DNA of 64,000 nt, taken from positions 3,557,371 to 3,621,370 of the forward strand of contig MU054338.1 in assembly GCA_013239625.1 (NCBI GenBank), given 5' to 3'. The DNA is from Lama guanicoe (Eukaryota). Of this stretch, positions 48,096-60,830 are shown piece by piece. The notes beneath the pieces were generated by a model, which had not been told where the DNA came from, did no database searches, and saw only the letters and a list, made by a program, of their open reading frames with translations. Position 1 is the stretch's first letter; each line of letters starts with the position of its first letter. Position numbers and translations under genes: made by a program.

Positions 48096-48264
48096 TACTG
48101 TGTAGCACAGGGAACCATGTTCAATTATCTTGTAGTAACTTACGGTGAAAAAGAATATGAAAACGAATATATGTACGTTCCTATATGACTGAAGTATTGT
48201 GCTGTACACCAGAAATTGACACACATTGTAGACTGATTATACTTCAATAAAAAAAATATATATA
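48096..48264 (+). mobile_element. Short L1 3'-end fragment inserted in a MIR
   Basis: tagcacagggaac...tgtacaccagaaattgacac...aataaaaaaa; imperfect TSD taaa(a/g)gttta. Confidence 0.8.
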
Positions 48265-49119
48265 TAAAGGTTTAGATGAGTTAAAACACATTAAGTGTGT
48301 GCTTAGAACCACGCCAGGCAGAGAGTGAGTGCTATACAAAAGTGTAATGCATTTTTTTAAGTAAATAAATGTAGAACAGAATTTCAGAGAGCAAAAAGAG
48401 GTAGGGAAAGAAAATAACAGGGTGATAGAGGCCACAGAGGAAACTGGGTGGAGCTGATTAAGACAGGGAAATAAGGGAGGGCTTCCCTGAGGAGGTGACT
48501 TTTGAGCTGAGATCTGAAGGAAGTGGAGGAACTGCCCATGTGCAAGTCAGGAGTAGAGCATTCTAGGCAGAGGGAGCAGCAAGTGCAAAGGCCCTGTGGC
48601 AGGACCATGTTTGAGTATTGTGCAAATAGCAAGGAGGACGGTCCAGCTGGAAAAGAAGGAGCAGAGCCAGAATTCAATCAAAACTTTAGGTTGCATTATG
48701 GAATTTAAGCTTTATCCAAAAGGCACTGGGGAAACCACTTTGTTTCAGGTCGGGGAGGAATGAGCTCTGACTTGCAGCCAGATTTGCAGCTCTCATCTCA
48801 GTTTCTGCTTGCACTGATTTAAGCACCTACTGGATGCCTGGCTCTCATGCAGAATCAGAGCTGCCCATGGCCAAGTTGGGAATGAGTGAAACACTGAAAT
48901 GCCACAAGCTTCTATCCCAGCCAGGCGGAGCACAGCCCGCTGGTGATTCTCCAGGCACGACAGCCCTGGGTTCCAGTCCCAGCTCTCCCACTTCCCAGCC
49001 ACACGGCCTGTCCTCAATCTCCCCTTCTTGTGATTGATTGTCTCCCGAATGGAACAAGATGACCCATGCCCAGTGCTTCACGCGTGCTGTCACCACGTTT
49101 CTACCACAAAGTAATTTCT

Positions 49120-49590
49120 TAAAAAGTGAAACGCGTCCTCACCATAAGCGCCAGCAACTCCACTCCTAGTGAGGGATTTGCGCGAGAGAAAGAGACCACA
49201 CGTGCCCACAAAGACTTGCACCCACATGCTCAGAGCAGCCCCAACCCGGAAACCACCGAACTGTCCTCCAACAGGCAAATGGATAAACAGTGATCCCTGC
49301 GAGGCACTGAGACACGCAAAGGCATGGAAAGCAGACGCAGTGGAATGCACATCATGTGAAAATGCAAACTAACTTATAGTGACTGAAAGCAGACTAGGGG
49401 TTGCCTGAAAGGGTGGGGGAGGGGAGGGGAAGGAGTTACAGAGGGACCCACGGGAACTTGGCGGGCGATGGATGTCACTGCCCCGACGGTTTTACGTGTG
49501 TGAGCGTGCGCAAAACCGCATCCAATTTGCACATCAAATATTTGCGGTTTATTGTATGCAAACTATAACTCAATAAAGCCATAAAAGCAA
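49120..49590 (+). mobile_element. Old L1M 3' end
   Basis: ccagcaactccactcctag..cacaaagacttgcac..ggcaaatggataaac..tttattgtatgcaaactataactcaataaag. Confidence 0.75.
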
Positions 49591-50359
49591 AATGAAATAA
49601 CAACAACAATTTTTAAAAAAGAAAGAAGAAAAGCACTTAGCCCAGTGCCCAGGTGCAGGAAGCCGTAATGGGCGTGGGACAGGGGGAGAAGCTTCCTGAA
49701 GCCGCAGGCTAAAGCCACAAGCTGGCCCCAGATCCTCCTGCTCCTCCCTGCCCTCCACCTCCACACGCCCCCATCCTGGGAAAGGAGCCTGGCCAGCCCG
49801 CGCTTCACCCAGGGCCCGGAAAGTAATTTCTTAACGTTCTGCTCTCCGCCAACAAGACACAAGATTAATTACAACCATAAACACATTGGGCGCTGCCTAA
49901 ATATTTCATAGGTCTGTGCGTGTGCTTGTGCACGCGCGCGCACACACACACGCGCGGCTCTCGGTTTGTTTGTTTGTTTTAATAGTTTGCTTTTCTTTAT
50001 AGGAGGCTGCAGGTGGACAAATGGGGAGATACCCCTCCCCTCCCCCTCCTTCCCTCCCCTTCTGTCCTCTTCTTTCTTTTTTCATTCCTTCCCCTGGCAG
50101 AGAGGTCTCAAGGAGATGGGGAGCCTTCTGCCCCAGGTTCGTTGGAGGAATGGGTTTCCCTGGCTGCCTCTTTGCAAGATGGCCACAGTGCCAGGAGGAT
50201 ATAGTGGGTGGGAGGGGGTCTGGGCCATGACCCTACTCTTGGGGAGCAGGGACTGGAAGCCCTATGTCACTATGGAAAGTGGCCAAGAGCCCCTTCACCC
50301 TTTCCCAAGGATCAGTCAGCCCTCATTTATTCATTCAACAGATGTCTCCTGGGGCTGCA

Positions 50360-50610
50360 GAGTGTAGCAGTTTAGAGCACAGGTTTGGGATCACAGAGTT
50401 CCAGTCGAATTCAGCCTCCACAATTTCTTGGCTGTATGACCTTGGGGGACTGCCTTCACCTCTCTGGGCCTCAGTTTCCCTATTTGTAAGATGCGGATAA
50501 TAACAGTATCCTATATCACAGGGCTGCTTCAAAGCTTAAGTTAGATCTAACATCCTTATAATGTTCTCAAGGTGGGGCCAGGTATACAGTACATGTTCAA
50601 TCAGTTTAGT
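50360..50610 (+). mobile_element. MIR SINE (representative; other copies ~13490-13570, 21320-21430, 30010-30200, 41270-41450, 53800-53930, 57740-57860)
   Basis: MIR core ctctgggcctcagtttccctatttgtaagatg..ataataac. Confidence 0.75.
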
Positions 50611-51329
50611 GATCACGAGGAGGGGGTGTGACTATTTGTTGAGCTCTGGGCCATGTCCTGGGAGCTGGGGTTGGAGCAGTGGAGGAGATGGATGGTTACC
50701 CACCCTACCATGCTCAGACCTTATTCTTCTTTCATCATTGCATTTTACATATGGAGGCTCAAAGCCATGGAAAGGTTTGGTCAGGAACTCAATATAGGAT
50801 ATGGATAAGGGAACTCAGAGATGCCTCAGTGATCTCAAGGCCTCTTCTTTTTGCTGGTGGGGAAACTGAGACTCTGGCAGTGGAGGGGGTTGGGGGCAGG
50901 GAGGGCTCCCAGACCTTCAGCTCCAAGCCCAACCCTGGGTCTCAAGAGGGATCCCAGATATTCACAGTTATGTCCATGCCTGTCTTCGGCACTGCAGATG
51001 CGGGAGCTGCCTGCCTGCAATTTACCAAATGTGACAGTGTCTTGGCCCCAATGATACAGCCTGAGCCAGTGGCATCTGCAGGCCTGTCACCTCCCACACT
51101 GGGTCTGAGCGATGGAGAGAGGGAGCCGAGTCAGGCCCTCACCGCATGCCAGATCCCAGCTGGCCAAGTGCTTCTGCAGACTTGGGGGATGGCTAGAGAC
51201 TCTCAGCAACCCTAAGGATGGATGGATCATAACCCCATCAGGCAGATGTGGAAACTAAGTTTCCAGGATGGAAATTAATCACCCAGGGTCACATAGAAGG
51301 TACTCATCTGAGTCTCTCCTATTGCTGGT

Positions 51330-51930
51330 CCTGGGCTGTGAGTTGCAGACAGGCAGTGACCAAGGCAGACCCAGGTCCTGCCCTCTTGGGGCTCACATCC
51401 ACTGAGGAGGATGGACAACGAGCAATAAACACTATAAATAATCGTGTGGTGTGTTGGGTAATAAATGCTATGGGGGAAAAAAGAAGGGGAAAAGGTATAG
51501 TATGCTGTAGACAGAGGAGGGTGAAATTATAAGGGGTGGGAAGATTTGGAGGTTCACTGAGGAGGTGACATCTGAGCAGACACCTGAGGGAGGTGCGGGA
51601 TGGAGCCATGGGGAGATCCAGGGAACAGCATTCCAGGTCGAGGGTTCAGCTTGTGCAAAGGTCCTGTGGCAGGACTGTGCCTGGCATGTTGGAAGAATAG
51701 TGAGGAGGCCCATGTGACTGGAGCAGAGTGAGTGAGGGGGAGAGAGGGAGGAGGTGAGGGTAGGGAAGGGATGGGAGCAGGTCATGCAGGGTCCTGTGAG
51801 CCACAGGGAGGATTTGGGCTTTTATCCCAAGGGAGGAGGAAGCCCTGGAAAGCTGTGGGCAGAGGAGGGGTGAGACCTAACTCTGGTGCTCACAAGCGCC
51901 CTCTGGTGGCTATGGGGAGGACAGACTGTG
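51330..51930 (+). mobile_element. L2-derived element (representative of many L2 fragments, e.g. ~2065-2580, 4000-4500, 13750-14400, 26550-27280, 53050-53280, 54930-55305)
   Basis: Recurrent gggaacagc..tgcaaaggccctg..gcagg motif and L2 3' end (cctggcaca..ggtgctcaataaat). Confidence 0.75.
51896..51910 (-). promoter_or_regulatory. CTCF consensus motif within L2-derived module
   Basis: Minus strand GCCACCAGAGGGCGC. Confidence 0.65.
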
Positions 51931-54900
51931 AGAGGCGAGGAGGGCGGTGGAATTTAGCCCAGGGGGTCTGGGGAAGAGTCTCTAAAGAGGTGAGCTTTGA
52001 GTTCTAAGTGAGTAAGAAGCATAAGGTAAGAAAGGGCATTCCAGGCAGAGGGCACAGCCAGTGCAAAGGCCCTGAGGCAGGAACAAACTTGGCCTGTGTG
52101 AAGAAGAGCATGGAGATGGAGTCAGATGGGAAGAGGGACATGGGAGGAGGATGCAGATTCTGGACTGGGCAGAGCCCGGAGGGCCTCAGTGTGGACTTTC
52201 AGTTTTACTCTAAGGCCACGGGGACCCTTGCCTTTGAGGAGGGACCCTTCCACAATTGGCCGGATGACGTAATAGGCAGAATAATATTCCCCCAAAAATG
52301 TCCTCATCCCAATGCAACCTCAGAATATGGTTCCTTACATAGTGTCGTGGGAAGAACAGTGTTCCCCCCCAAAATTCATGTCCCCCAGAACCCCCGAACG
52401 TGACCTTATTTGGAAATAGCTCATCGCAGGTGTAATTAGTTAAGGATCTGGAAATGAAATCAACGTGCATCTCGGGTGAGCCCTAAAGCCAATAACTGGT
52501 GTCCATATAAGAAGAAGAGAGAACAGAGAAGTTGGCCGGGTGAAGATGGAGGCAGTTTGCAGGGTGTTACCAAGGAACACCTGGGGCCACCAGGAGCGAG
52601 TGGAGGTGATGTGTATTTAACCATAAAAAAAAAATTTAATGTAAGAATTAACATTATTTGGGAGTACTGGGTTTTCTTTTCTGGTGATGAGAATGTTTTG
52701 GAAGAAGAGAGCTCACAACATTGGGAATACACTCCATGCTGCCAGATTGGCTAATTTCACTTTATGTGAATTTCACCTCAGTTTTTTAAAAAAATAATAA
52801 AGTGAAATAAAATCCCTTGCATTGGGTGCCCCCCCATTAATGTTCTGGTGCAAATTCTTCTAGAACTTTCTCTGCCCATGTCATCAGTCTGTGGCTCCTT
52901 CTTGCCCCATCCACGTATCCCAGACATCAGTCTACACCTGCACACACCACTGACCTCATCATTTGTCCTGGCTGTGTAGTTTTCCCTTACCCAAAAAGCA
53001 GGGGTTACCCACCCCTGGCAGTGGGCTTCCGGCAGTTTCCAGCTGTCTATCCTCCCCACTGCCCACAAGGCCCTGCACGACCTGCCCATGTCCTCTCCCT
53101 GCCCTCTCCTCCCCTCCTCCCTCTCTCCTCCGCACAGACTTCCTCGCTGTTCCTCCATCTGCCAGGCCCGCTGGGGCCTCAGGGCCTTTGCACATGCCAG
53201 GCCCTCTCTGCCTAGAGCACTCCTCACTCATCCCCTTCTCCTGGAGAAATCATTTTTCAAATCACAGCTCCAATGTCATTTCCTCATTCCAAACTCACTG
53301 AGGGGGTAGAGAGGTGAGGGTATCTGAGAGAGAAACGGGAGACTCTCAAGGGTAGAAGCCCTGCAGAGATGGGGGTGCAGATTGCGGGGCTGTGAGTTGG
53401 AGGCCAAACAGGATGCTGGGACTTGGGTGGGGCTGCCGGCCCCTGTTGTACGGAGCCACTGCCCCCCACCAAGGCACTGGCTTTTGCACATCAACACTCG
53501 CCAGAGATGCAGGAAATATTTTCTCTCTGGCTGACACGTTTGGCAAAATACAAATCCTCCAGCTTTTTCCGTGCGAAAAACATGTCCATCAAAACCGTCC
53601 CCGCAGTGCCTGCAGGAGAGGGAGGCCGCTGGATTTGGTCCGGGGATTGCGGAAAGGGCTCCGGGGAGAGGGAGATGCAGCGGCCTTGGCTCTCTCTGCA
53701 GTCGGAGGGTGACATAAAAACAGCATAGTAGTCAAATAGCCCCTGTTTGATGAGCGCTTGGTCTGGGCTAGAAGTTCAGCTATCTATACTTGCTCGTGTG
53801 TCTACACAACTCCACGATTATTATCCCCATTTTTCAGATAGGGAAGCTGAGCCCAGAGAGGGGAATACATTTCCCCAAGGTCACACAGCAGAGTCAGGAT
53901 TTGAATCCACAGGCTACTCAACCTCCCAGGGATGCCTAGCAGAGGCCCTACCCAGCAGGGAAGGGGAGGAAAGGCAACTGAGACCAAAGGATCAGCATAT
54001 GCAAGGGCTTCAAAGCAGGTTCCATTCAACAGCTCCAGCTGTGGCCAGCAGCCCTTCGTTAAATCAGTCTGTGACTGTGTGGAGCCTAGAAGGAGGGGCA
54101 CAAGCTGAGAGGGTCCCCAGCCATAGTGGTGATGAGGACGGGGTGTTCCTGGTGTCCCTTAGCTTGCTGGTCATGACTTCCTCAACCACCTACATGATCC
54201 TTGCCACATCATAGTCCCCACAAACTCCTAAGCCAGAGGTGAGTGTGACAGGGGCCTTTGTGCAGCATTAAGCAAGTTGCTTAACCTCTCTGTGCCAGTT
54301 TCCCTGTTGGTTAAAATAGACATAAAAAATAATCCCTAACTCCCAATTAAAACCACTCATGTCAAAAACACTTGGCACACGGTAGGTGATTATAAAAGTG
54401 GAATGCATTTAGGTAAGCGGTTCCTCACCGAGGAATGAGAGGAGATGGGCATCTTCCTCCCTCCCCGCCCACCCATCCCTGGGAAAGGTGCAACCTCTAG
54501 AAAGGCAGCAGGAAGATGGCTCTGGTCATGAAGCCCCAGTTCCCGCCTGCTCCCATGGTGAGGGACTGACTTTTCTAGAATGTTGCCCCTCCTCCCAGTT
54601 TCCATCCGGAGCCAGCACTGCCGCATAAATCCCGCTTTACGGCTGTTATTGACGGGGAGCGGGGAGAGCAGCCCTAGCAAGGCCCAATTAATTTTCCCGT
54701 CTGGCATCTGTGCGCCGGGCGAATTTCTGAGCTCCTGGAGGGAGGGGGCAGAGCCAGCTGGGGACAGGCGAGGCTGAGGACAAGGTCGTGGGCAGGCTGC
54801 GGCATTCTAGATCACCCTCCTAGGAGCACTGTTCAGGGAGTTCTAGATTCTGAGCCCCAGGCTCTTGACTGGAGGGTAAAATAGGAGAGATCTCTAAACT

Positions 54901-55414
54901 CTGAGTAAATTCTGCAATTTTTAATTAGGCTGAAAATGAGGGTTTCACCAAGGAGACCCTTGAGCAAAACTCCAAAGGAGGTGAGAGAGGGAGCCATGTT
55001 GCTTTCTGAAGGAATAGCTTGTCAGCAGAGAGCACAGCCTGTGCAAAGGCCCTGGGGCAGGACCATACCTGGCATGCTGGAGGAGCAACCAGGAGGTCTG
55101 CGCACCTGGAGCAGAGTGAGCGAGAGGGAGAGAGGGAGAGAGGGAGGAGCGGGCAGGGAAGGAACAGGGCAAGTCAGGCAGGCCCGTGTGGGCCCTGGGG
55201 AGGCCTTGGGCTTTTACCCTGAGGGAGGTTGGAGCCCTGGAGGGCCGCGGGCCGAAGGACGAGACCTGACTCAGGTGCTCCCGGGCGCCCTCTGGCTGCT
55301 GTGCAGAGAAGAGTTGGACACGCACAGCGCAAAAGCCCAGGTATTATGATCTCCCTGTCCCATCACGAAACCTCCTTGCCCTTTAAAAGGAAAATTAGTG
55401 CATGCGAGGAGGCA

Positions 55415-56180
55415 CTGAAGCACTTTCGATGAACTTTCTGTGATGATAGAAATGGTCTCCATCTGCCCTGTCTGCTATGGGAGTCACTAGAAACATGTGG
55501 CTTCTGAACAGCCAAAACATGTCCAGAGCAACCGTGGAACTACAGTTCAAATTTATTTAATTATTTTAATTTATTTTTGAAATAGTGGTAAAATACATAT
55601 AACACAAAATTTACCATTTTAACCATTTTTTAAGAGCACAGCTTAGTGGCATTAAGCACATTCACATAGTTGTACAACCATCCCCACCCTCCATCTCCAG
55701 GGCTTTCCCATCTTCCCGAACAGTAACTCTGTCCTCATTAAACACCCACCTCCCCCCCACCACTCCCCCAGCCCCTGGCCCCTCATCTACTTTCTGTCTC
55801 TATGGATTTAACTCCTCTAGGGACCTCCTGTGAGTGGAATCAGACAGTATTTGTCCTTTTGTATCTGGCTTATTTCTCTGAGCATCATATTCTCAAGGTT
55901 CATCTATGTTGAAGCTGGTGTTAGAATTTCCTCCCTTTTTAAAGTCGGATAATGTTCCTTTGTGTGGAGGGACCACGTTTTTTGTATCCATTCATCTGTC
56001 AACGGACACTGGGGCTGCATCCACCTGTCAGCTACTGTGAGTTATGCTGCTGTCAACATGGCTAGACAAATATCTATTTGAACCTCTGCTTTCAATCCAA
56101 TTTTACTTAATTTTGGTTAATTTAAATTTAAATGGCAATGGGGGTAACTAGTGGCTACTGGATTGGACAGTGTGGCTCTA
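55415..56180. mobile_element. MER3-like hAT element split by a minus-strand L1MB fragment (~55565-56095)
   Basis: gaactttctgtgatgatagaaat...; ...ctagtggctactggattggacag; internal catataacacaaaatttaccatttt. Confidence 0.7.
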
Positions 56181-56649
56181 GAAGGATTGAAAGAGACTTT
56201 AAGAGAAGGAACTTTCTCCTCCTTCAGTCTCACTGAGTGCCCTGTCTGGGCCAAGACGTGGCATGTTATAAGCCACCCACACGAATTAGCCTGCCACACT
56301 GTAACCTGCTGTCCGGAGCGGGACGCAGCCCAAGGGCTTTGGAAATAACAAGAGCCCACGCCCAGGACGAGGCCTCCTGGGGCCACCGCTTCCTCCTTCC
56401 CTGAAGCCGGTGACCTGGACCCCACTGGCCTGAGGATGATGATCGCCATGTCCTTAGCCACCCCTCTCTGGCTGTTGCTGCCCACCCACTGCCTGCAAGA
56501 GCCAGGGTGGAGACACACCCCATCACACACCCGACCCCATGCCCCTGGACTTCACTAGAATGGTGCTCCCAGAGGCTGGGTGGGGAGTATGCCGCTCCTT
56601 GTGTGTTACACGAGCTGTAGAAGAGCCCTCAAGGAAACGTCTAAGTGGA

Positions 56650-57215
56650 AGTGTATCAGTCAGCTATTGTGGTGTAACAAAGTACCCACAAATTTAATCG
56701 CTTCAAAGACCACATTTACTGTGGGTCAGGAATCCAGGCATGACTACCAAGTCCCTGGCTTCGGGGTCTCTCACAAGGCTGCAGTTTTGGGGTCCCTGGG
56801 ACAATAGCCTCATCAGAGGCTCAACTGGGGAAGGATCTGCTTCTAAGTTCCTGCAGGTTATGGCAGAACTCATTTCCTTGTGGCCATAAGCCTGAAGTCC
56901 CCAGCTCCCCGCCATATAGGTGCTGCTCTCAGCTTCTAGAGGACAGCCACAGTTCCCTGACACATGAGCCTCTCCACGGACTGTCCCCAAAATGACCATT
57001 TGTGAGTAAGGGAAAAAAAGAGTGAAGAGTCTTCCAGCAAGATAGTCTTCAGTAAGGCAACAAAATCATGGAAGTGACATCCTATCACCTCTGCCATATT
57101 CTATTGGTTAGAAACAGGTCACAAGCCCTACCCACTGGAAGGGGAGGGGTTCACACAAAGATGTGGACACCAGGAGGCAGGAATCATTAGAGCCACCTTA
57201 GGGTCTGTCTGCCAC
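56650..57215 (-). mobile_element. MLT1D/E-like LTR
   Basis: tgtatcagtcagctattgtggtgtaacaa...gggtcaggaatcc...catattctattggttagaaacaggtcac...gtctgtctgccaca. Confidence 0.75.
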
Positions 57216-58000
57216 AGGAAACAGAGGGAGGAAGAGGTTGAGATGGCTCTGGGCCCTGAGAGGTTTCTGGGAGGGAAGGAAGGGAAGGAGGAGGGAGGAG
57301 CTGATGGTAAGAGAGATTGGGAATTAGGAGAAAGACATTAAATTCCACATATATTTTTGGTGCTTACTTTTTGCCCAACCTTGTACCCAGAAAAGACACA
57401 GCCCCAAGAGCTCTTGGTCCAGCATTGATACCCCAGCCCACTGTGACACTGGCTGTAATGGGTGAGAGGGGTGCACAGTACACTAGGGGAGTCCAGAGAA
57501 GATCCCTGATCCACCCTGAGGGTCATAAAATGTTTCCTGGAGGAGGAAGCCTCTGTGCTGGCCCCCAAGGATGAGATAGAGACCATGAGTGAGTTGGGGG
57601 AATGTATGCTGGGAAGAAGGACCAGCAAGAGGAAAGGCCTAAATGCCTGAAGGAGAGAGATGTGCACACATGGCCAAACAGCATGGTCATGGAAGGGAAT
57701 GAATGGATGAGTTGTCACTTTGCCTCTGAGGGAGGTCATTCCATACCCATTGTACAGATGGGGAGACTGAGGCTCAGAGAGATGAAACCACCTCCTCCAG
57801 GTCACATGGCTGAGAAGAGAAACAGTTTGATCTGTCAAACAGATGCTTGAGGTCCTTCTGTGCTCTCACACTGTAACTCTGAGATTCCCTGTACAACCTC
57901 CAGATTTAAAACAGCAACAACAAACAATAATCATACTGGTAGCATTTGTTAAGTACTTTCCATGTGCTAAGTACTTTTTTTTTTTTACTATATGGAATGA

Positions 58001-58580
58001 ATCTTTTTTTTTAAAAAACCAACTTTTTATTGAAGTATAGTTGACTTACAATGTTGTCTTAAGTTTCAGGTGTACAACAAAGTGATTTAGTTCTACATAA
58101 ATTTTTTTCAGATTCTTTTCCATTACAAGTTTTTACAAGCTATTGAATTTATTTTTTACAAGCTTTTGAATATATTTCCCCACTGTGCTACACAGTAGGT
58201 CCTTGCTGTTTATCTAGTTTATATATAGTAGTGCATATCTGCTAATCCTAAACTCCTAATTTATCCCTCCCCCATCCTTTTCCCTTTGTAACCATAAGTT
58301 TGTTTTCTGTGTCTGTGAGTCTGTCTCTGTTTTGTAAATAAGTTCATTTGTATCGTTTTTTTAGATTCCACATATAAGTGGCATCATATGATATTTATCT
58401 TTCTCTGTCTGTCTTACTTCACTTAGTACGATCATTTCTAGGTCCATCCATGTTGCTGCAAATGGCATAATTTCATACTTTTTCATGGCTGAGTAATATT
58501 CCGTTATATATATACAGCACATGTTCTTTCTCCATTCATCTGTTGGACATTTAGGTTGCTTCCACGTCTTGGTTATTGTG
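58001..58580 (-). mobile_element. L1 3' end (cetartiodactyl type)
   Basis: Poly-T, ttgaagtatagttgacttacaatg, gtccatccatgttgctgcaaatggc; reverse complement resembles 25600-25980. Confidence 0.88.
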
Positions 58581-58614
58581 TGTGCGACGGACTATTATAA
58601 ATGCTGTATATACA

Positions 58615-58900
58615 TCAGGGTTGGCCCAGGACCAAATATGGCCCAACACTTGTTTTGTACATTTTTAAATGGTTGGGGGGAAAAATCAGAGAATAATATT
58701 TTGAGACACATAAAAATGATATGAAATTCGAATTTCAGTGTCCATAAATAAAGTTTTATTGGCACACAGCCACACTCATTCATTTACATAACATCTATAG
58801 TGTCTTTTACACAACCATAGCAAAGTAGCCATTATATGGCCCACAAAGTCAAAAACTTTGACTTTCTAGCCCTTGGCAGTAGAAGTTTGCTGGTTCCTGC
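58615..58900. mobile_element. MER58B-like hAT element
   Basis: caggggttggc...aaataaagttttattggcacacagccacactcattcattt...aagtttgctggttcctg. Confidence 0.8.
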
Positions 58901-59146
58901 TGCTTGTGTATTAACTCCCCTGCAAGAGCTCCATGAGTTAAATGTGATTTTCTTAATTTGTAAGAATGAGGAAACTGAGCCACACAGGGGCTTGGCCAAG
59001 GTCATAGTGGAGAAGTGGCCAAGCAAGGCATTGAACCTTAGTCTGTTGGACTCCCTGTACAGTGCTCTCAGCTCCACCCCAGACCTGGTCATGCCCTCTG
59101 ACCCGGCCCTCAGCACTTGGGGTTGGGAGTGTCTGGATCCAGCTCT

Positions 59147-59213
59147 TGGGGTGGGAATAGCTCAATTGAACAAAGTCCTGGGTTCAATCCCCAGTACCTC
59201 TGTTAAAAAAAAA
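59147..59213 (+). mobile_element. Internally deleted Vic-1-type SINE
   Basis: ggggtgggaatagctca...gtcctgggttcaatccccagtacctctgttaaaaaaaaa; lacks the D-arm/anticodon part present in the other two copies. Confidence 0.75.
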
Positions 59214-59699
59214 GGTAACTCTTCCTGCCCCTAGCCTGAGGAGTCAGCCAGTGACCAGGGCGAGCTTCCTGATTCCACCCTGTCCCCTCTGGTTGGACTG
59301 ATCCAGAAAGACGGCCAATTCAGAGCAAATCAATTAAATAAACTCCATACTGGCTGCTGCCCTGTTTTTCTGACCTCAGCCAAGAGGCTCAGGTTCCGGC
59401 TGACTTGGATTCAAGCAAATGCACCTGTGGGCAGAGCTGAGAAGGGGCTGCTGGATCAGGAATCTGTACAAAGAACCCTGGCCTGACCCCCTGGGAGCCT
59501 GTGATATTGGATTGTATCATCCGATCCCTCCTGGGGAAGGCAAGGTGGGGGGATGGTGTGAGCCAATGCTGAGAGAGGGGACCCTGTGAAAGGAGAGACT
59601 GTTCTGTAGAAGATGAGCTTCTCAGTGTGACTGAGAGTCTGATGGGAGCAGTGGGTAAAGGAGGCTATAATTTGCTCATTTTACCTGTCAATCAAGTGA

Positions 59700-60830
59700 T
59701 GAAGGTTGCTGTTTCTTTGTTGTATGCTATTTGAGAGATTTGACATCTGAAAGGGGAGTACCATAAAGCAGGCTCTCACTGCTGCACTCAAACCTGGAAC
59801 CACATGAGATTAGACATCTTGCTGCAGACTTCTTGTTATGCCCTCTATGTGGAGCCTGATAACAGAGCAATGCAGAGAAAGCAAGCAGAGAGACAGGGAG
59901 AAATGAGCTCCTGGATTCAGCCATGCCTGAAGCTCATATCCACCTGGTCTTTCCACTTACAACCTGGGCATTTTTGTATATGGTTTATGCATAGTAACTA
60001 ATAATGCTGTCACCAAATATTTTCTGATCTCCAACTTCTATGACATGGAAGATTTGATCTGATTATTATTCAGCAAATTTCAACCAACCTCTCCCTGCAA
60101 ACTCCCCAGGAGAAATATATTTCCCTGACCCACTGATGTCAGTCCCAGCCATGAGACTCGCTTAGCCTAAGGCAATATAAGCAAAAGTGATAGTGTGTAG
60201 AATCTGATCCTAGGCTCTAAGAAGGACTGCATGTTTCTCCATGCCCTCTTGTGCTACTGCCTTTAGCCATGAGACAAGATATCTTGAGTAGCTGCTAACC
60301 CAAGGAAGAGGAGAAACACGTGGACCAGACCTGGACACCGTTCACAGATGAGTACTGAGCCCAGCTGGCCTACAGATGTGCAAATAAGAAATAAATGCTC
60401 ATTGCTGTCTGCCAGAGAGATTCGGTGGATGTTTGTCACGTGGCAATAGCTGACTGTTACATGAGCCTATGGTAGGATTGCACTTCCTGGCTTCTATGAT
60501 TGGTTGCATTAGATGGGGCTGTATGCCTAGTTAGAACATACAGACCAGGAAGTGACCTGTGTCATTTTCAAGCCAGAGCTTTCATTGCTAGTAAGAGACC
60601 CTCCAGAGTTTTCTTTCTCTCTGTGCCACAGAGACCAACAATATTCCTTACAGCAACTGTTTCATCAGCCAAGGTTCTAGAGTCAGGTAACATGGGGCAG
60701 GCCCCCAGCTCCCAAAAACCACAGTGAATATACAATGTGAGTGAGAAATAAACCTTTGATGTCATTAGCCTCTGAGACATAAGGGTTGTTTGTCACTGCA
60801 GCAAAACCAAACCTGTACTGATACCATAAG
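59700..60830. mobile_element. Cluster of old MLT1 (H-K type) LTR fragments
   Basis: cctggattcagccatgcctgaagc; aagaaataaatgctcattgc; gagaaataaacctttg...gttgtttgtcactgcagcaaaacc. Confidence 0.65.
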
